From positions 50,716,001-50,780,000 of the forward strand of contig OZ024745.1 in NCBI GenBank assembly GCA_964016885.1: a stretch of DNA of 64,000 nucleotides, read 5' to 3'. Positions within the stretch are counted from its first letter, which is position 1, and every line of letters starts with the position of its first letter. A program made the position numbers and the translations under genes. A model generated the notes under the pieces. It was not told the origin of the DNA. It made no database searches and saw only the letters and a program-made list of their open reading frames with translations. The DNA comes from Eledone cirrhosa (Eukaryota). Positions 29,032-43,422 of this stretch are shown piece by piece.

Positions 29032-30479
29032 ATTATCGATGCGCTTGGATGATTTGAAATTTCAGTCTTATACACTTAGTTGCTTCACGCCAGAGAAACT
29101 GCAATAGGCACCAGCCTAATGAGCCTCCGGCTTGAGACAGACAGAAACAAGTGGACCGGAGCTCATATCTATAGCACAGATATTCACTCACTACGAATAG
29201 TATGGTTCATAATTTAAATACGTAAATATCATATAGATAATTCATACATATTGAATAAGAACAAGTGGTTAATTGAAATTGCAAATATATTTAATTTATT
29301 TGGGAGCATTATTGAAGAATATATTTTCTTTTTTAGTAGAAATTCTTTTTTTATTTTTTACTATTTATTCAGAGAAGAACGAACAGTGTCCTTTTCAAGA
29401 ATTTCGAGGCAGAGAAGAGGGAGATAGGGAGATAAGGATGTAACTTCAAGCCGGAGACCTGGCCGGAATACCTGTAACAAAGTGGACTCCACTAAAGCCA
29501 CCCAAGATGGTGTTAAACCGTGCAAAGCTGGCCATAAGATCAGAACTAAAAGTTGCAGCAAATAGGACCCTCAAAATCATAAGCCCAGCTTATTTTCCAC
29601 CTTCCACCTTCTTTGCATACACATACACACATAAATATCTGCATACATACACACATAAATATCTGCATACATACACACATACATATCTGCATACATACAC
29701 ATACCTACATTTGATGTTTAATAAGTTTATAGGCGGTGGAGGTGAGAGTGTTAGTTTCTTCCAATCCTACGTTTTGCCTAATTATTTAGTTTCGGTCTTC
29801 TTGCTGATGTATAAAGAAATCAAGTATTTGCAACAACAATCCTTTGTACTGTGAAAGACAGAGGGACAGCTTGAGGAAATATAATATTGTAAAACCGTGT
29901 GTAATAAAAACTATAAGAGAGCTTGCTTTCGGACTTACGACCCTAATTTCCTGGTTTGAGACCGGGTAGAGCAAATGTTAGATATAGCTTGCTCTCTGTT
30001 TGACATGAAATGTTATGAGTCATTCACTGTGCGAAAAAATAACAGCAAGATCTCTCTCAAAATAAACACCTTCTCCTTTAAAAGGAAAGATACTTTGGAA
30101 AATATAGTCCTAAATATAGAATAAAAACGATTAAAACGATTATAACACTTACAAGCATATACATGGCCGTGTACACACGCAAATCAAATCATCAAGCATG
30201 TTTGTATGTATGTATGCATAGATGTGTGTATTACTCTCTCTCTATATATATGAAAGCATATATGCTCATACATACATGTATAGAATAATACTCCACTTAA
30301 TGCTGTTTCGTTTAGAGCTGATTCATTATACCGCTTTTTGAGACAATATTTTAAGTGGCATAGCATTGCATTATTTTAATAACTGTATGCTATTATGTAA
30401 GAAACTATGATTCACACTCAAGTACACCCCCGCATATATATCCGAGCTGTTCACACCGTTGTTTAGTCAAAACGAGTGC

Positions 30480-31900
30480 GAAATGACCTGCTAAAAGTTC
30501 TGTTTCCGGAAAAGAGAAGGAAAACTGCAACTAAGTCGATTTTAAGCTGGCAAACTTAAGACGTAAGTAAATCTTTAAAGTTGGCCAGATCAAGCATTAA
30601 AAATAGAGATAATTTAACAGCTTTTGTATGGGAGAACGATGAAATAAAACAATGCCACCATGCCAACAGATAATGAAAAATTAAGGAGTAACGTCAAACA
30701 CTTGCAAGGAGAATTCAGAATCATTTACAGAAAGTGGAGCTTTACTATGGAGATTTAAGGGTATCATGAGACGTCTCAACTACTCTGCCTAAATTCAATT
30801 ATTTTCTTCTGGAAAATAAAGCCATCATGCACTTTCATATCAGGAGATGAGAAAAAAGTTTCTTGTTTCCTGTTCGGAACATACTATTTAACTACTTGAT
30901 TTAGGTGCGTTCAAGCTGAGGCCAATGCTCGTTTATCATTCAGAAACACAAACACTAATGAAGAAAATACTATAAATATATCTGTCTTTGAGGTGGATAT
31001 CATATGGGAATTCCTGGATGATAATAAATATGTTTATTTTATCTATTTATTCATATATTCGTCCAAAACCTAAGAAATGTTGTGAGGAACAGAGCATATG
31101 ACATTCTTGTTGATTGATAATACTCCAGGATAAACCTTCAGGCATGCATTTCTGTGGAAGTAGGTTTAAAGTCTGTCTCGAGCCCCGGAGTTCTTCAGGT
31201 GCTTATCTCAGTTTCCGTGGCGTTAAGTATCTGAGAGTACAAAACGTCCGTCTTAGGGGTAAATTCCCAGCTATTACTGGTAGTCACTTTCAGCTGAGTA
31301 TACTCGAACAATGTGAAATGAAGGGTTTTGCTCAAGAACACAACACACAACCCAGTCCAGGAATCGAACCTACAACATTATGATCGTAATTCCAACAGCC
31401 TTACCACTAGGCCACGGGCTTCCACCAAAGTACTTTACATAACACTAAAAACCCTTGCCATACACCAAACCGTGGATCACTGAGTACTTTCTAATGTCAA
31501 GCTCTATTGCCTTAGACGTTCTTTCAAACAGCATACTGAGGAAACAAATCGCCAAGCTAAACAATCTCTTAGGAATCATTAGTAAATCTACTGAATCATG
31601 ACGGCCATCGCTAGTATCAAAAGTAACCAAGAATTGCACGGGAAAAGTTTTGAAGAAGCTATAGTTAGAAGTCTGTAATGGTTCTCTGAAATATGAAAAA
31701 GAAATTGTACCAACAGCCATTAATAACATTTCTTGAAGGAGCGACGAAGGTGGTAGACCTTGACATGGGTTGGAGTATGGTTTGATGTTAAGTAAACTAC
31801 TTCGCCAGAAATACTTGTCTGTTTGAAATTCAAAGTTATTGTTTATACTACTAGCTAATAATGGGAAAATGCAAAATGCCAATATGGAAGATTTGGAGGA
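30480..31900 (+). mobile_element. Degenerate pogo/Tigger-like transposase relic, interrupted by a SINE
   Basis: FKLRPMLVYHSE (cf. KLKPLLIYHSENP) at ~30910, followed by an NSWM motif; weaker QPxDQ-like remnants after 31440. Confidence 0.6.
31163..31425 (-). mobile_element. tRNA-derived SINE (second family) nested in the pogo relic
   Basis: Minus strand has A box GTGGCCTAGTGGTAAGG, B box GGTTCGATTCC and then TTCTTGAGCAAAACCCTTCATTTCAC. A related head lies at ~22400-22480. Confidence 0.8.
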
Positions 31901-33816
31901 GTTAATTGAGTCAAATATTGAAATTTTATGTGTTGAAGAACCACAGGACCAGCAACGTATCCATAATTAGCCTGGAGACTCTCTGAATGAATACTTACTC
32001 TTGAATTATTCATAAGCTGCATCACTAAAATTGGAGCAGTTTACTGAAAATTGAATAGGAGTGAAGTATCAAGGCAAAGATAGTTCTCTTTCTTAAATAA
32101 AATATCCTGCTACCATGAATTGATACGTAGAAGGTTCAAGATTACTTACACAACTTCTATCCTCTCTTTCAATTCTTCACTGCAACTGAGTTAATAGTGA
32201 ATAGCCACTATGTTGAATAACTCTCAGATGTTTTGTTAGCATTTAAATGCATAAGAAATTTTCGCCATACCAGAGAGTGATCTGAGTCGTTCTCGCTGCT
32301 TGTTTCAGGACAGGACGCCGGCCCATCGCCAGTTCCTGCAGCGTTGGATGGAGACTGCAATATATTTTTCGAACAGGCTTCTCTACCTATGACCTAAACA
32401 CCCCCTCTTGTTATACTAAGGACGATGCAGTATGAAAGACTTTATTCTTTTCTTATTATACTGAAAAGATTTGGTGGTCTTATTCGCGCCAGTCACCAAT
32501 TTTGTACTTTTTGCAGACTTGCGAACTATATAACGTAAGATGATAAGGGTACCCTTCAGTGCAAGCTGTATGTAAATTATTATATACCTCTCCACACTAT
32601 TTAATTAAATAATTTGTATGGAATATTATCGTTTCGTCGTATTTGAGATAATAGCATATTGCCTTATAGATCTCAATTAAATGAAACTCAAGCTGATAAT
32701 GTGTAGGCGAAGACTAGGCAGCAATAAAAGTGCGTTAGTGTTGGAATACTGAGACCGAGTTGAACTGAACCAGAATGGATCTGATGTGAGCGTCCTACCC
32801 ACCCAACAGCAACGATAGCTAGACTATTTGGCCTCATATTCTTCTAGCGTCTAGTGTTACCACGCTTTTATTCGGGAAAAAACATTTCCTATGGTGAGAA
32901 AAGCTGGGATTGCTCTAGGTGGCAGAGATACTGTATATAATTAGTAAATGTTTTGATGGTGATCAATTCAGAACTTTAAAAGCTTCAGCGGACAAGGCCA
33001 AAGCCTGAAATAGGGGTTGCCCCTCGCCCAAAAATGTAATAAATAAGCAGGACAAAAGATAATTTCTGATGCCCCAAACTCAAGTTTGCTATTGGGGGCA
33101 TGTAATATTTTAGAATCTGTTTAATTAATTTATTCAATCATCTTTCCTTGTAACCTTGTACCCAGACAAGGTTACAAGGGAAAATGATTGAACAAAGCCA
33201 AAACGTAAATAGATATCTAGATGGAAAGATAGGAAGAAAAAAGAAAGAGAGAGAGAAACTTATGATGAAATCTGGAATATATATATAGGTCTTTTTTATT
33301 TCTACTCCGTGTTGTACCATTGAGCCATCCCTGAGAGTTCCAGTAACAGATGATATTCTATGAGAAGAGGTTAGTAGACCATCACCCAGTTCTTCTCAAA
33401 AAGAGAAAGAGACAAAGAAATAAAGAGAAGAATCGAATGAACGTGACAGATAAATGCTTGCAATAATCGAATAGAAACTGCCTGAAAGTTTATTGTCTAA
33501 ATTTTACAGCGTAAAATTTAGACAATAACCTTTTGAAAATAAACTGATGTCACTTTATGATACTTGTGAATGGTTTTATCCTTCGAAATACTTGTAAACT
33601 ATATTTTGTATTTACTTGTAATTCTGTAATTGCTCATTTAATCACCCACAACTGTCCTATTTTCATTGTAAAGAAGGATAGAAAATGAATGTTTATTACT
33701 ATCACCGCCCTCTATTACTACCGTAAATGTGTGAGTTTACGCTTTCTGAAGGAGCAATATATGCACTAGTACTAGATACATATTTAAGTAGTGTATCTAA
33801 CCCCCCCCCCCACACA

Positions 33817-33877
<61 letters not shown>

Positions 33878-34698
33878 CAGTATATAGTTTCTGGTTGCAA
33901 TGATCAAAATTTATACAAATGAATTGTTCGCGTTTATATCTTCCAATACTTCTGTCGCTCTAACTATTCTCTCTCTTTCTTCCACCCCTCTCTCTTTAAG
34001 ACTGTTCTGTACTCTTCTTCCCCTCGAGTTATACTTTGAATATTCTAGTAACTTATGAAGTTTTCTAATAGAAGGGCTTGTCCGCCTCTCGTTCAAACTT
34101 TCTCCATTGCTGGAGAACTAGGTGCTGTTAGTGGACTCCCATGGTTCGCTCATGGCGCATCGTAGCCTATTAAGAGAGAGAAGCAGGGGAGAGGAATAGA
34201 CAAAAGTACTTTTCTTCTACTTTCAGACTCCTAAAAGGATAAAAGGTAAAGTTGACCTCGACATGATTTGAACTTGGAGTGCCTAGAATCGGAACAAATA
34301 CTGCAAAGTATTCTATCTGACACTCTAGTTACTCAACATCCCACCTTTACTAACTATTAATAAGTCATGTAATTTTTTTATAAAAAAAATATTGAATCCG
34401 TATCAAAACTAATACTTATCGCTGTTTTATGATTATCACTAACATTATTTTCCTGTTGTACTTATGTAAATATGAATATACATAATTGAAAACTATTAGC
34501 ACTTCTATTTTTATGTCTGCATATTATAGCTAAAGTTCTGTAGCACTTCTATTTTTATGACTGCATATTATCCATTCGTAATGGCTCCCCCACTATGACT
34601 GACTTATTCTAGGTACAACATGTTTCGGGGCATGCATAAAACATATATGTACATGCATACATACATACATACATACATACATACATACATACATACAT

Positions 34699-35302
34699 GG
34701 TGGCTGCCAACTCGTTTTCGAGTACGGCGACTACTTTATATCCATGTAGGAGAACCCCTACCGATGCGCTGAATAAGTGTGACTTTTTAGTCCAGCCAGC
34801 GACTTGAAAACTCTGGTACAAACACTACACTTGTGACAATTATTGACACATAGTGCTGGGCACATGGTACCATGTGACGACAAGTGCAGAGAGATCTCCA
34901 GATATAAAGCAATGCCTGTGCCGTGAAGCTTTTATAGTGAGCAAAGGCACTGCACAAAGCCAGTCCCACTCTCTTAACCAAGATGATATTTACCAAAAAG
35001 AATAACAAGTCAACATCATTGGATACCATCAGAGTTGCAGGTGTTATATCAGAGTTTTCCTTCTAGAATTCTGCCTTGACAAAGGCTAAGTGGTCATCTC
35101 GCCCGGTGATTTTGGATGGCCATTGACTCTTAAGAGCTCCTTTTCCCTTTGACAGGTCTTTTTTTTAGTCCTGCAGGATGTCCAAAGTAACCCTCCTCAC
35201 CAAGAAACCTTGGTGGGGTTGCCAGTTTAGTCGCCAACGACCCGACCATGGCACAGGTTGTACTGGGATACATGTTACCAGTAGCACCAACTGGTGACCT
35301 GA
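34699..35302 (-). mobile_element. ~600-bp non-coding retroposon, copy 2 (family A, longest 5' end)
   Basis: Reverse complement of 43423-44026, flanked by (CATA)n on both sides. Confidence 0.9.
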
Positions 35303-35384
35303 CATACATACATACATACATACATACATACATACATACATACATACATACATACATACATACATACATACATACATACATAAT

Positions 35385-35452
35385 GATGGCTGCCCCCTCG
35401 TTATCGAGTATGGCCATTGCACATATACCATTATTAATAATTATTAATTAAT
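35385..35452 (-). mobile_element. 3' tip of related family B retroposon
   Basis: Terminal hairpin ATGGCCATACTCGATAACGAGGGGGCAGCCAT abutting the TATG array; matches 45160-45214. Confidence 0.7.
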
Positions 35453-35489
35453 TCTATCGTGCAATGCCTGTGCGTGAAGATATTTTTTA

Positions 35490-35850
35490 TCGTGCAGTGC
35501 CTGCGAAAGATCCTTCGTGTGTCCGGGCGCGACCGAGTGCGAAACGAGGAGATCCTGCGGAGAGCCGAGTCGTGGATGCTACAGAGAGTGGTCACAGAGC
35601 GTCGGTGCCGTCTGGCTGGCCACATTCTGCGTCTGCCAAATGAACGGCATTCGAAAACAGCGATGAAACTGGACTCCGCCTGGCGGTAAACGGAGGCGGG
35701 GTTGCCCAAGGATCACCTGGCGACGAACGTTCCGGAAGGACCTGATGGCAGACAACATAACCTGGCACGGTCTCGAAAAAGTTGCTGCTGATCGTGACCG
35801 TTGGCGAGTACTTACTGATCGATCCGCCGAACGGCGTGGAAAAATCTAAG
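35490..35850 (+). mobile_element. RTE-clade LINE 3' end
   Basis: QCLRKILRVSGRDRVRNEEILRR...RRCRLAGHILRLPNERHSK, frameshift, then KRRRGCPRITWRRTF; ends in ATCTAAG. GC-rich and CpG-retaining. Confidence 0.9.
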
Positions 35851-35879
35851 ATGATATATATATATATATATATATCTTG

Positions 35880-36260
35880 GGGTAGTCAATGTAATTTTGA
35901 GCCAAACCACTTCTTGCTGCAGTCATTTTCTTGTATAAGATATATAACCTTTTCTGCCATGGGCCCTGAGACGGCAATCAAGCTCCAACTTTCTTATAAA
36001 TCTTTTATGGCAGATATGACTCAATTTAGTAAAGGATATTATCAGCATTTGCAGTGGTCACGTATGGATTTTCCAGCCAATAGTAGAAGTTCACACATTT
36101 GAACATACAAGACATAGGGTTGATGGAATTGTATGTCTGAAAAGGTTCAGTGTGGTCACCAGATATTGTGATGTCCCCACAGCTGACAAGGCTGGCTTTT
36201 AGAAGTGTTGTACGAGAGCAGACGGTACAGGTGATATCGTCCATTTTGAACTTTTCGTCC
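35880..36260 (-). mobile_element. Degenerate LINE RT fragment
   Basis: ITISGDHTEPF...NADNI spacing resembles RT motifs (xxxSExF...YADDI); several stops. Confidence 0.4.
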
Positions 36261-36281
36261 ACTACGTTTCATTATTTGATG

Positions 36282-36640
36282 GGTGATGGATTGGCAGTAT
36301 TGGTAGTGGGTCGGACGCCATGCTTTCAAGCATAGTTACGTCCCTTTACGATCTGTGTTCAAATCCCGCCGAGGTTGACTTTGCCGTTCATCCTTACGGA
36401 GTCGATAAAATAAAGTACCAGTAATGCACTGGGATAATTGCTGGCCTTGTGCCTAAAGTAGAAACAAGTATTGGTAGTGGCTCTGACGCCATGCTTTGAC
36501 GCATGGAGTTACAGCCCTCACCATTCTGAGTTCAAATCCAGCCGAGGTTAAATTTGCCTTTCTACCTTACGGGGGTCGATAAAATAAGGTACCAGTAATA
36601 TACTGGATAATTGCTGGCCTTGTGCCAAACGTAGAAACAG
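36282..36640 (+). mobile_element. Head-to-tail dimer of the Deu/Nin-type SINE
   Basis: Two consecutive copies (36282-36468 and 36469-36640); the second lacks its first few 5' bases. Confidence 0.85.
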
Positions 36641-37227
36641 TTATAATGTTTATCCACATGTGATCGTCTAAACATATCAACTAATAGTTATTCAGTAGTA
36701 ACCAGATTATTGTTTATCTACAACTTGCGTCTCTGTAATACACTGTATGCTGCTCATACGAGGATAATTTCTGTAATGCTAGGATTTTGTTTTGTTTTGT
36801 TCGATTGATTTTTTGAGATTCTGATCGGAGTAATATTTGTAAAATTCGATTGTGAACTTCGTATGTAAACTGTAATGACATGAATTGTATTTTACAATCG
36901 GGTATTTGCTGGCCTTGTGCCAAAAGTAGAAACAATTATTTGATGGGTGATAGGATTTTATATTTAATTGCAGGTTGTTCTTTCTTGTTACAGGATAACC
37001 ATTCAATTCTATTCAACACAAGAGATTCCCAATTTATAATGTTTAATGTGTCTAATAAACATCTGTTGGAAATATTCTACACTTGACACAGAAGTGCTGG
37101 AAAAGGCAGGGTACCTCAGTATGGGTGGTTACCGCATAAAGTAACATACGCTGGGTTGGTCTATTTATCTGGTTTGGTGAGGTCTAGGTAAGCGTCCTCA
37201 GCACTAACCAAAGCACACACACACACA

Positions 37228-37326
37228 CAGGGTGTTCCAAAAATGTATACACACTTTGATTACCTGTAGAGGCAATATTTATTAGAATGTTGCTGAAGTG
37301 TGTATATATTTTTGGGGGACACCCTG
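37228..37326. mobile_element. 99-bp MITE (Tc1/mariner-type ends)
   Basis: ~30-bp imperfect TIRs CAGGGTGTTCCAAAAATGTATACACACTT / AAGTGTGTATATATTTTTGGGGGACACCCTG; TA on the right flank. Confidence 0.8.
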
Positions 37327-37451
37327 TATATATAAATGTTTATGTGTAGGCAAAGTTTAAATCTTACGCGTCGCCCAGTGGAGCCGAGTTTCTTAAATAT
37401 ACGGTTACGCCTCTCGCTACTGGAGGAGTTCGAAAGTAAAAGCCAGCGAGT

Positions 37452-37565
<114 letters not shown>

Positions 37566-38033
37566 GTTATATAAATATATATATATATGTATATATATTA
37601 TATATATATATATACACCATATACTCATATATGTACGTACACACACAAACATAGGTACATACATATATACATCATATATATATATACATATATATAACCA
37701 TACAATTATTCACTTATACAAACATATATCATGTTTATATATGTATGCACAAATACAAACACATACAGGCATAATGCAATATAACGTATTTCTATGCAGT
37801 GTACATTCAGAGGATAGATAGATACAAGTACAGAGATGTTTATACATAGATACAAATTGCTCATCGACGGCTTAGTTCAGTCATAATTCAAAGACTGTAA
37901 AGCGAAAAGAGACAATGCGCTGTTAACAGTTGTGACAGAAAGAAGCTAATGGATATTTGAATTGAGAAAGAATGAAATAGCGTGTGAGTGTGTGTGTGTG
38001 GGTATGTGTGTGTGTGTGTATGTGTGTGTGTGT

Positions 38034-38090
<57 letters not shown>

Positions 38091-38380
38091 AGACATTACC
38101 ATCCTACCACTTCCATCCCGATAATCATCTGTTGTTGCCATAAGAAATAGCATGTGTTGTTGACGCTGATAATCAGAACCAGGCCTACTTCGATTGTCGT
38201 GTGATCAGCCGAGCTGACACTTTCCCACGCAGTACCGACCGTCGCTGTAGTTTTCTTCGCTGCTTGCATTGCATACATCATACAGCAGCCCGAAGCACAC
38301 ATTGTCAGAGCGGTGGGGTTACGACTGACTCGCAGAAGATTCTGTTCGCAGATTGGATGCCACTGTAAACACTGTTTCAT

Positions 38381-38547
<167 letters not shown>

Positions 38548-38602
38548 TATACACATACACACACATATATATATACACACATATATATTTATATATATAT
38601 AT

Positions 38603-38644
<42 letters not shown>

Positions 38645-38725
38645 CATATATATACACACACACATATATATATACACACATATATATATATATATACACA
38701 CACATATATATATATATATATACAT

Positions 38726-38759
<34 letters not shown>

Positions 38760-38788
38760 CACACACACATATATATATATATATACAT

Positions 38789-38852
<64 letters not shown>

Positions 38853-38853
38853 C

Positions 38854-38918
<65 letters not shown>

Positions 38919-38968
38919 GGAGAAAAAATTTACGAAATGGAAATGCGGGTATATAGAATTTATTAGGT

Positions 38969-38993
<25 letters not shown>

Positions 38994-38999
<6 letters not shown>

Positions 39000-39861
39000 T
39001 TAGAAACACACAGATACATGCGGACGCACACATATATACATGAACGCATCCGCACCCAACTGTGAGTTAAGGGTGCCAACTTCACCGATGTTGCTCAATG
39101 AATGACCGGGATAGACTAATTCAGTTTGAACTAGACTGAAACAGTATCAGAGTTAAAAATACATTATGAAGAGAGAAGAAACATTTAGATATAATTAGTA
39201 ATAAAATGTATCATACCTAAACTGTTCCTAAATTCCTCGACTACGTAGTTTCGTGGCATAAACAAAAACAATATATCAAAGATATAGAGTCCTTGCGAGG
39301 TCTGCCGACTTATCAAGAGGATACCTCATTTTACTAGTCTCAAGAACGCGTCTACACGACGTGAGAAAGAATCCCAAAAGGCGGAGGGGGAGATAGTCAC
39401 GCGATATAACTGTCGAGAAACAGAGCTAAGCCTCCTATAACCACGAAGAAAATACCACGGAGGCGGAGGGGGTATTCATATCGAGGCCGTAGAAGAGGTA
39501 GTGAAGAAGGCGAGAAGTATGAGTAATGGAAGCTTTCCAGTTGTCCCCACACCTCGAAGATTGCTCGACCAGAGGGAGTTATTAATATATTTAGAAACAC
39601 ACAGATACATGCGGACGCACACATATATACATGAACGCATCCGCACCCAACTGTGAGTTAAGGGTGCCAACTTCACCGATGTTGCTCAATGAATGACCGG
39701 GACAGACCAATTCAGTTTGAACTAGACTGAAACAGTATCAGAGTTAAAAATACATTATGAAGAGAGAAGAAACATTTAGATATAATTAGTAATAAAATGT
39801 ATCATACCTAAACTGTTCCTAAATTCCTCGACTACGTAGTTTCGTGGCATAAACAAAAACA
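38994..39861. repeat. 277-bp direct repeats (38994-39270 and 39585-39861) flanking a 314-bp unique segment
   Basis: Offset is 591 bp; only two substitutions were seen (gggatagactaat vs gggacagaccaat). Confidence 0.9.
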
Positions 39862-40401
39862 CACGCACACACACACACATATATATATATAATATATATA
39901 TACACGCATGTATATACATATATTGAGATAGAAACCACTTTATACCAATTTTTAAAAATGTATTTTCTTTTTTTTTTATGAGTTTCTTTTTTTAAACTCA
40001 ACTTTTTATTCCAGTATATATGGTGGTATTTATTCTTCGGTCTTTTTTTTTTTTAACACCTTTACTCTATTTAACACTTTTACACTTCAGCATTGATCGT
40101 CACCGATGCAAGTATACGTATGTGATGTGACAATGTATGGACCCGCAATGTCTGATGGAATTATAGTGGGTGTGGTAGAGACATTATAACATACCTGGGC
40201 ATTTTTTAAATGTGGTTGAGACCAAACCCACTCCAGATCTAAATACAGACTATTTCTTCCGGAGAGAGAGGGTGGAGGGATAAGTAATATAGAAGTAGAT
40301 TTAACCCTGCTTACTTTACTGCTGAAAGACAAAGTTGACCACCGCGGAAGTATATTTATACTGTGTGATAAATATGCATTCTCTCTCTCTCTCTTTCTCT
40401 C

Positions 40402-40442
<41 letters not shown>

Positions 40443-40583
40443 AAAAATTGAACGGAAACAAAACAGAGAGGCAGTACGAACAAATATATATATATATATA
40501 TATATACGTAGGTCCCGGATTGAGTCGGGGATAACCACAGTAAGTAAGGTACTCAATACATGGCAGAGTAAAATTTTTTTATT

Positions 40584-40688
40584 TTATAGAAGGAGCTTCC
40601 ACAGGACTAGTACTGTTTCATTCAGACGAAATCCTGAGGATTTCGTCTGAATGAAACAGTACTAGTCCTGTGGAAGCTCCTTCTATAA
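40584..40688. repeat. Perfect palindrome, 52-bp arms with a 1-nt spacer, centred on a hammerhead core
   Basis: The arms are exact reverse complements around G40636. The right half reads CTGAGGA-TTTCGTCTGAAT-GAAA-CAGTACTAGTC. Confidence 0.92.
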
Positions 40689-40691
40689 TAT

Positions 40692-41119
<428 letters not shown>

Positions 41120-41124
<5 letters not shown>

Positions 41125-41154
41125 CTCTCTCTCTCTCTGTATATATATATATAT

Positions 41155-41241
<87 letters not shown>

Positions 41242-41513
41242 ATCTATCTATCTCTCTTTCTCTTTCTGTATATATATATAATCTTTCTCTCTCTCCCCTC
41301 TCTCTCTCTGTATATATATATATATATATATAATCTCTCTCTCTCTTTATCTCTATCTCTCTTTCTGTATATATATATAATCTCTCTCTCTGTATACATA
41401 TATATATATATAATCTCTCTCTCTCTGTATATATATATATATAATCTCTCTCTCTCTCTCTCTCTGTATATCTCTCTCTCTCTCTTTCTGTATATATATA
41501 TATAATCTTTCTC

Positions 41514-41569
<56 letters not shown>

Positions 41570-41625
41570 CCCCCCTCTCTCTCTTTCTGTATATATATAT
41601 ATATATAACCCCCCCCTCTCTCTCT

Positions 41626-41675
<50 letters not shown>

Positions 41676-41710
41676 CCCCCCCCTCTCTCTCTTTCTTTCT
41701 CTCTCTCTCT
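41120..41710. repeat. Compound (TA)n/(CT)n higher-order microsatellite
   Basis: Reiterated unit (TA)n-ATC-(TC)n-TG with drift to ACCCCC variants. Confidence 0.85.
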
Positions 41711-42028
41711 GTACCTTGTTGAAGTACGCGGTAAATAAGTTTCAAGAACATTTCAGTTTTCAATACTCATATCATCATAGTTGTAAATACATAAGGAGCG
41801 AACGGTCGAAAATAACCATTCGGATTCAACAGGAACATATTCCATGTTAATTATAATAACAATCAATGGTGGCTATTTAATATTAGATATACAAAAATAC
41901 TGGATAGCCGCGGATGGAAAGCCTTTCATCATAGGTGTACTCAACCAAGGCTTGCTCAAAAAAAGATTACACCACAAATAAAAACAAATACACATAGTAG
42001 CTATTCTGTGTTTGTCAGTGTGTGTGCA

Positions 42029-42065
<37 letters not shown>

Positions 42066-42570
42066 ATGTGTGTGTGCGTGTGTGTGCGCGCCTGTATGTA
42101 TGTACTCCAGGTTTTATTATTTCTCAACAATAGAGGAGAGAGAAAGAGAGAGACAGTGAGAGATAGCGAGAGAGAGAGAGAGAGGGAAAGAGAGAGAGAG
42201 AGAGGGGGAGAGAGAGAGTGAGAGATAGAGAGAGAGAGAGCGGGGGAGAGAGAAAGAGAGAGATAGACGGAGAGAGAGAGAGAGAGAGGGAAAGACAAAG
42301 AGAGGGGGGGGGGGGGGCGAAATAACTTCTAACCGAAAAACAGCTCTTTCATTGAAATTTAGATACTATCACTTGGATAATTATATGTGTCTGTCTGCAT
42401 GCATGTGTGCAGTCAAGGGTGTCATTGCATATGTTGAATTTGCATGCTCTAAATTATATGTGCACATATATACCTATTCTTAGATCTACATGTAAATATG
42501 TCCAGGCGTTACATGCTAAATATCTGGAATGTTTTACATATTTTTACAATGCAGAACATGGCCTGTACTA

Positions 42571-42755
42571 TAATTGTTTCTACTATTGGCACAAGGCCAG
42601 CAATTACCCAGTACATTACTGGTACTTTATTTTATCGACCCCGTAAGGATGAAAGGCAGAGTTAACCTTGGCGGGATTTGAACTCAGAATGGCAAGGGCC
42701 GTAACTCTATGCGTCAAAGCATGGCGTCCGATCCTCTACCGATACTGCCAATCCA
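42571..42755 (-). mobile_element. Deu/Nin-type SINE
   Basis: Reverse-complement copy of 25533-25715. Confidence 0.88.
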
Positions 42756-42782
42756 CTGTACTATAATGTTCTAATTTGACGT

Positions 42783-43353
42783 GCTCATTCTGGTTTTGTG
42801 TAGACCAGATTTTCAAGATTTCTGTTGAGGTAATTAGTAACATATCCAAGTGCACTAATAACCACAGGCACAAATATAAAGCTATAATCAAGGTGGAGTA
42901 TCTGTATATATGTATGTTCTTCTGGTTTTATAATTTCACACATTTTTGCCAATAAAGAGAGAGAGTCGGTTTCTAACATAGTTACAAGACTCTCTCATTG
43001 GAATTTACACAACATCAACTAGGTAGATATGTATGCATGTCTGCATGTGTAGATATGGATGTTATTGTATGAGTGGATGTGTATGTTTTGAGTTGTATGT
43101 GTGTATGTACATACGTTTTGTATCTGTACATGTGTATATGCAGTTATTAGATGCAACACTTTTGGAATGTTTGACATATTTTTACTGTTCCATTAATGGA
43201 TTGTATATGTAATTACCTAACTAGTTGTGTTCTTTCTGTTTCTGTGAAGCCCAGGTTCTCAAGATTTGTATTGAGGCAGTTACTAACATATCCTAGTGCC
43301 CCAATAATCACAGGCATAAATCTGAAGGTATAGTCAGGTATAGAAGGTACGTT
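42783..43353 (-). mobile_element. Two tandem R4/Dong-like 3' fragments (42783-42905 and 42916-43353)
   Basis: PDYTFRFMPVIIGALGYVSNCLNTNLENLGF and ILHLDYSFIFVPVVISALGYV. The 3' UTR is near-identical to 44070-44300; a short CATA run separates the fragments. Confidence 0.85.
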
Positions 43354-43422
43354 CGTATGTATGTATGTATGTATGTATGTATGTATGTATGTATGTATGT
43401 ATGTATGTATGTATGTATGTAT

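Noticed and set aside
29370-29565. Possible Cys/Lys-rich coding exon after a good acceptor (TTTATTCAG)
   Set aside because: All frames from the acceptor hit stops early; there is no recognisable domain or partner exon.
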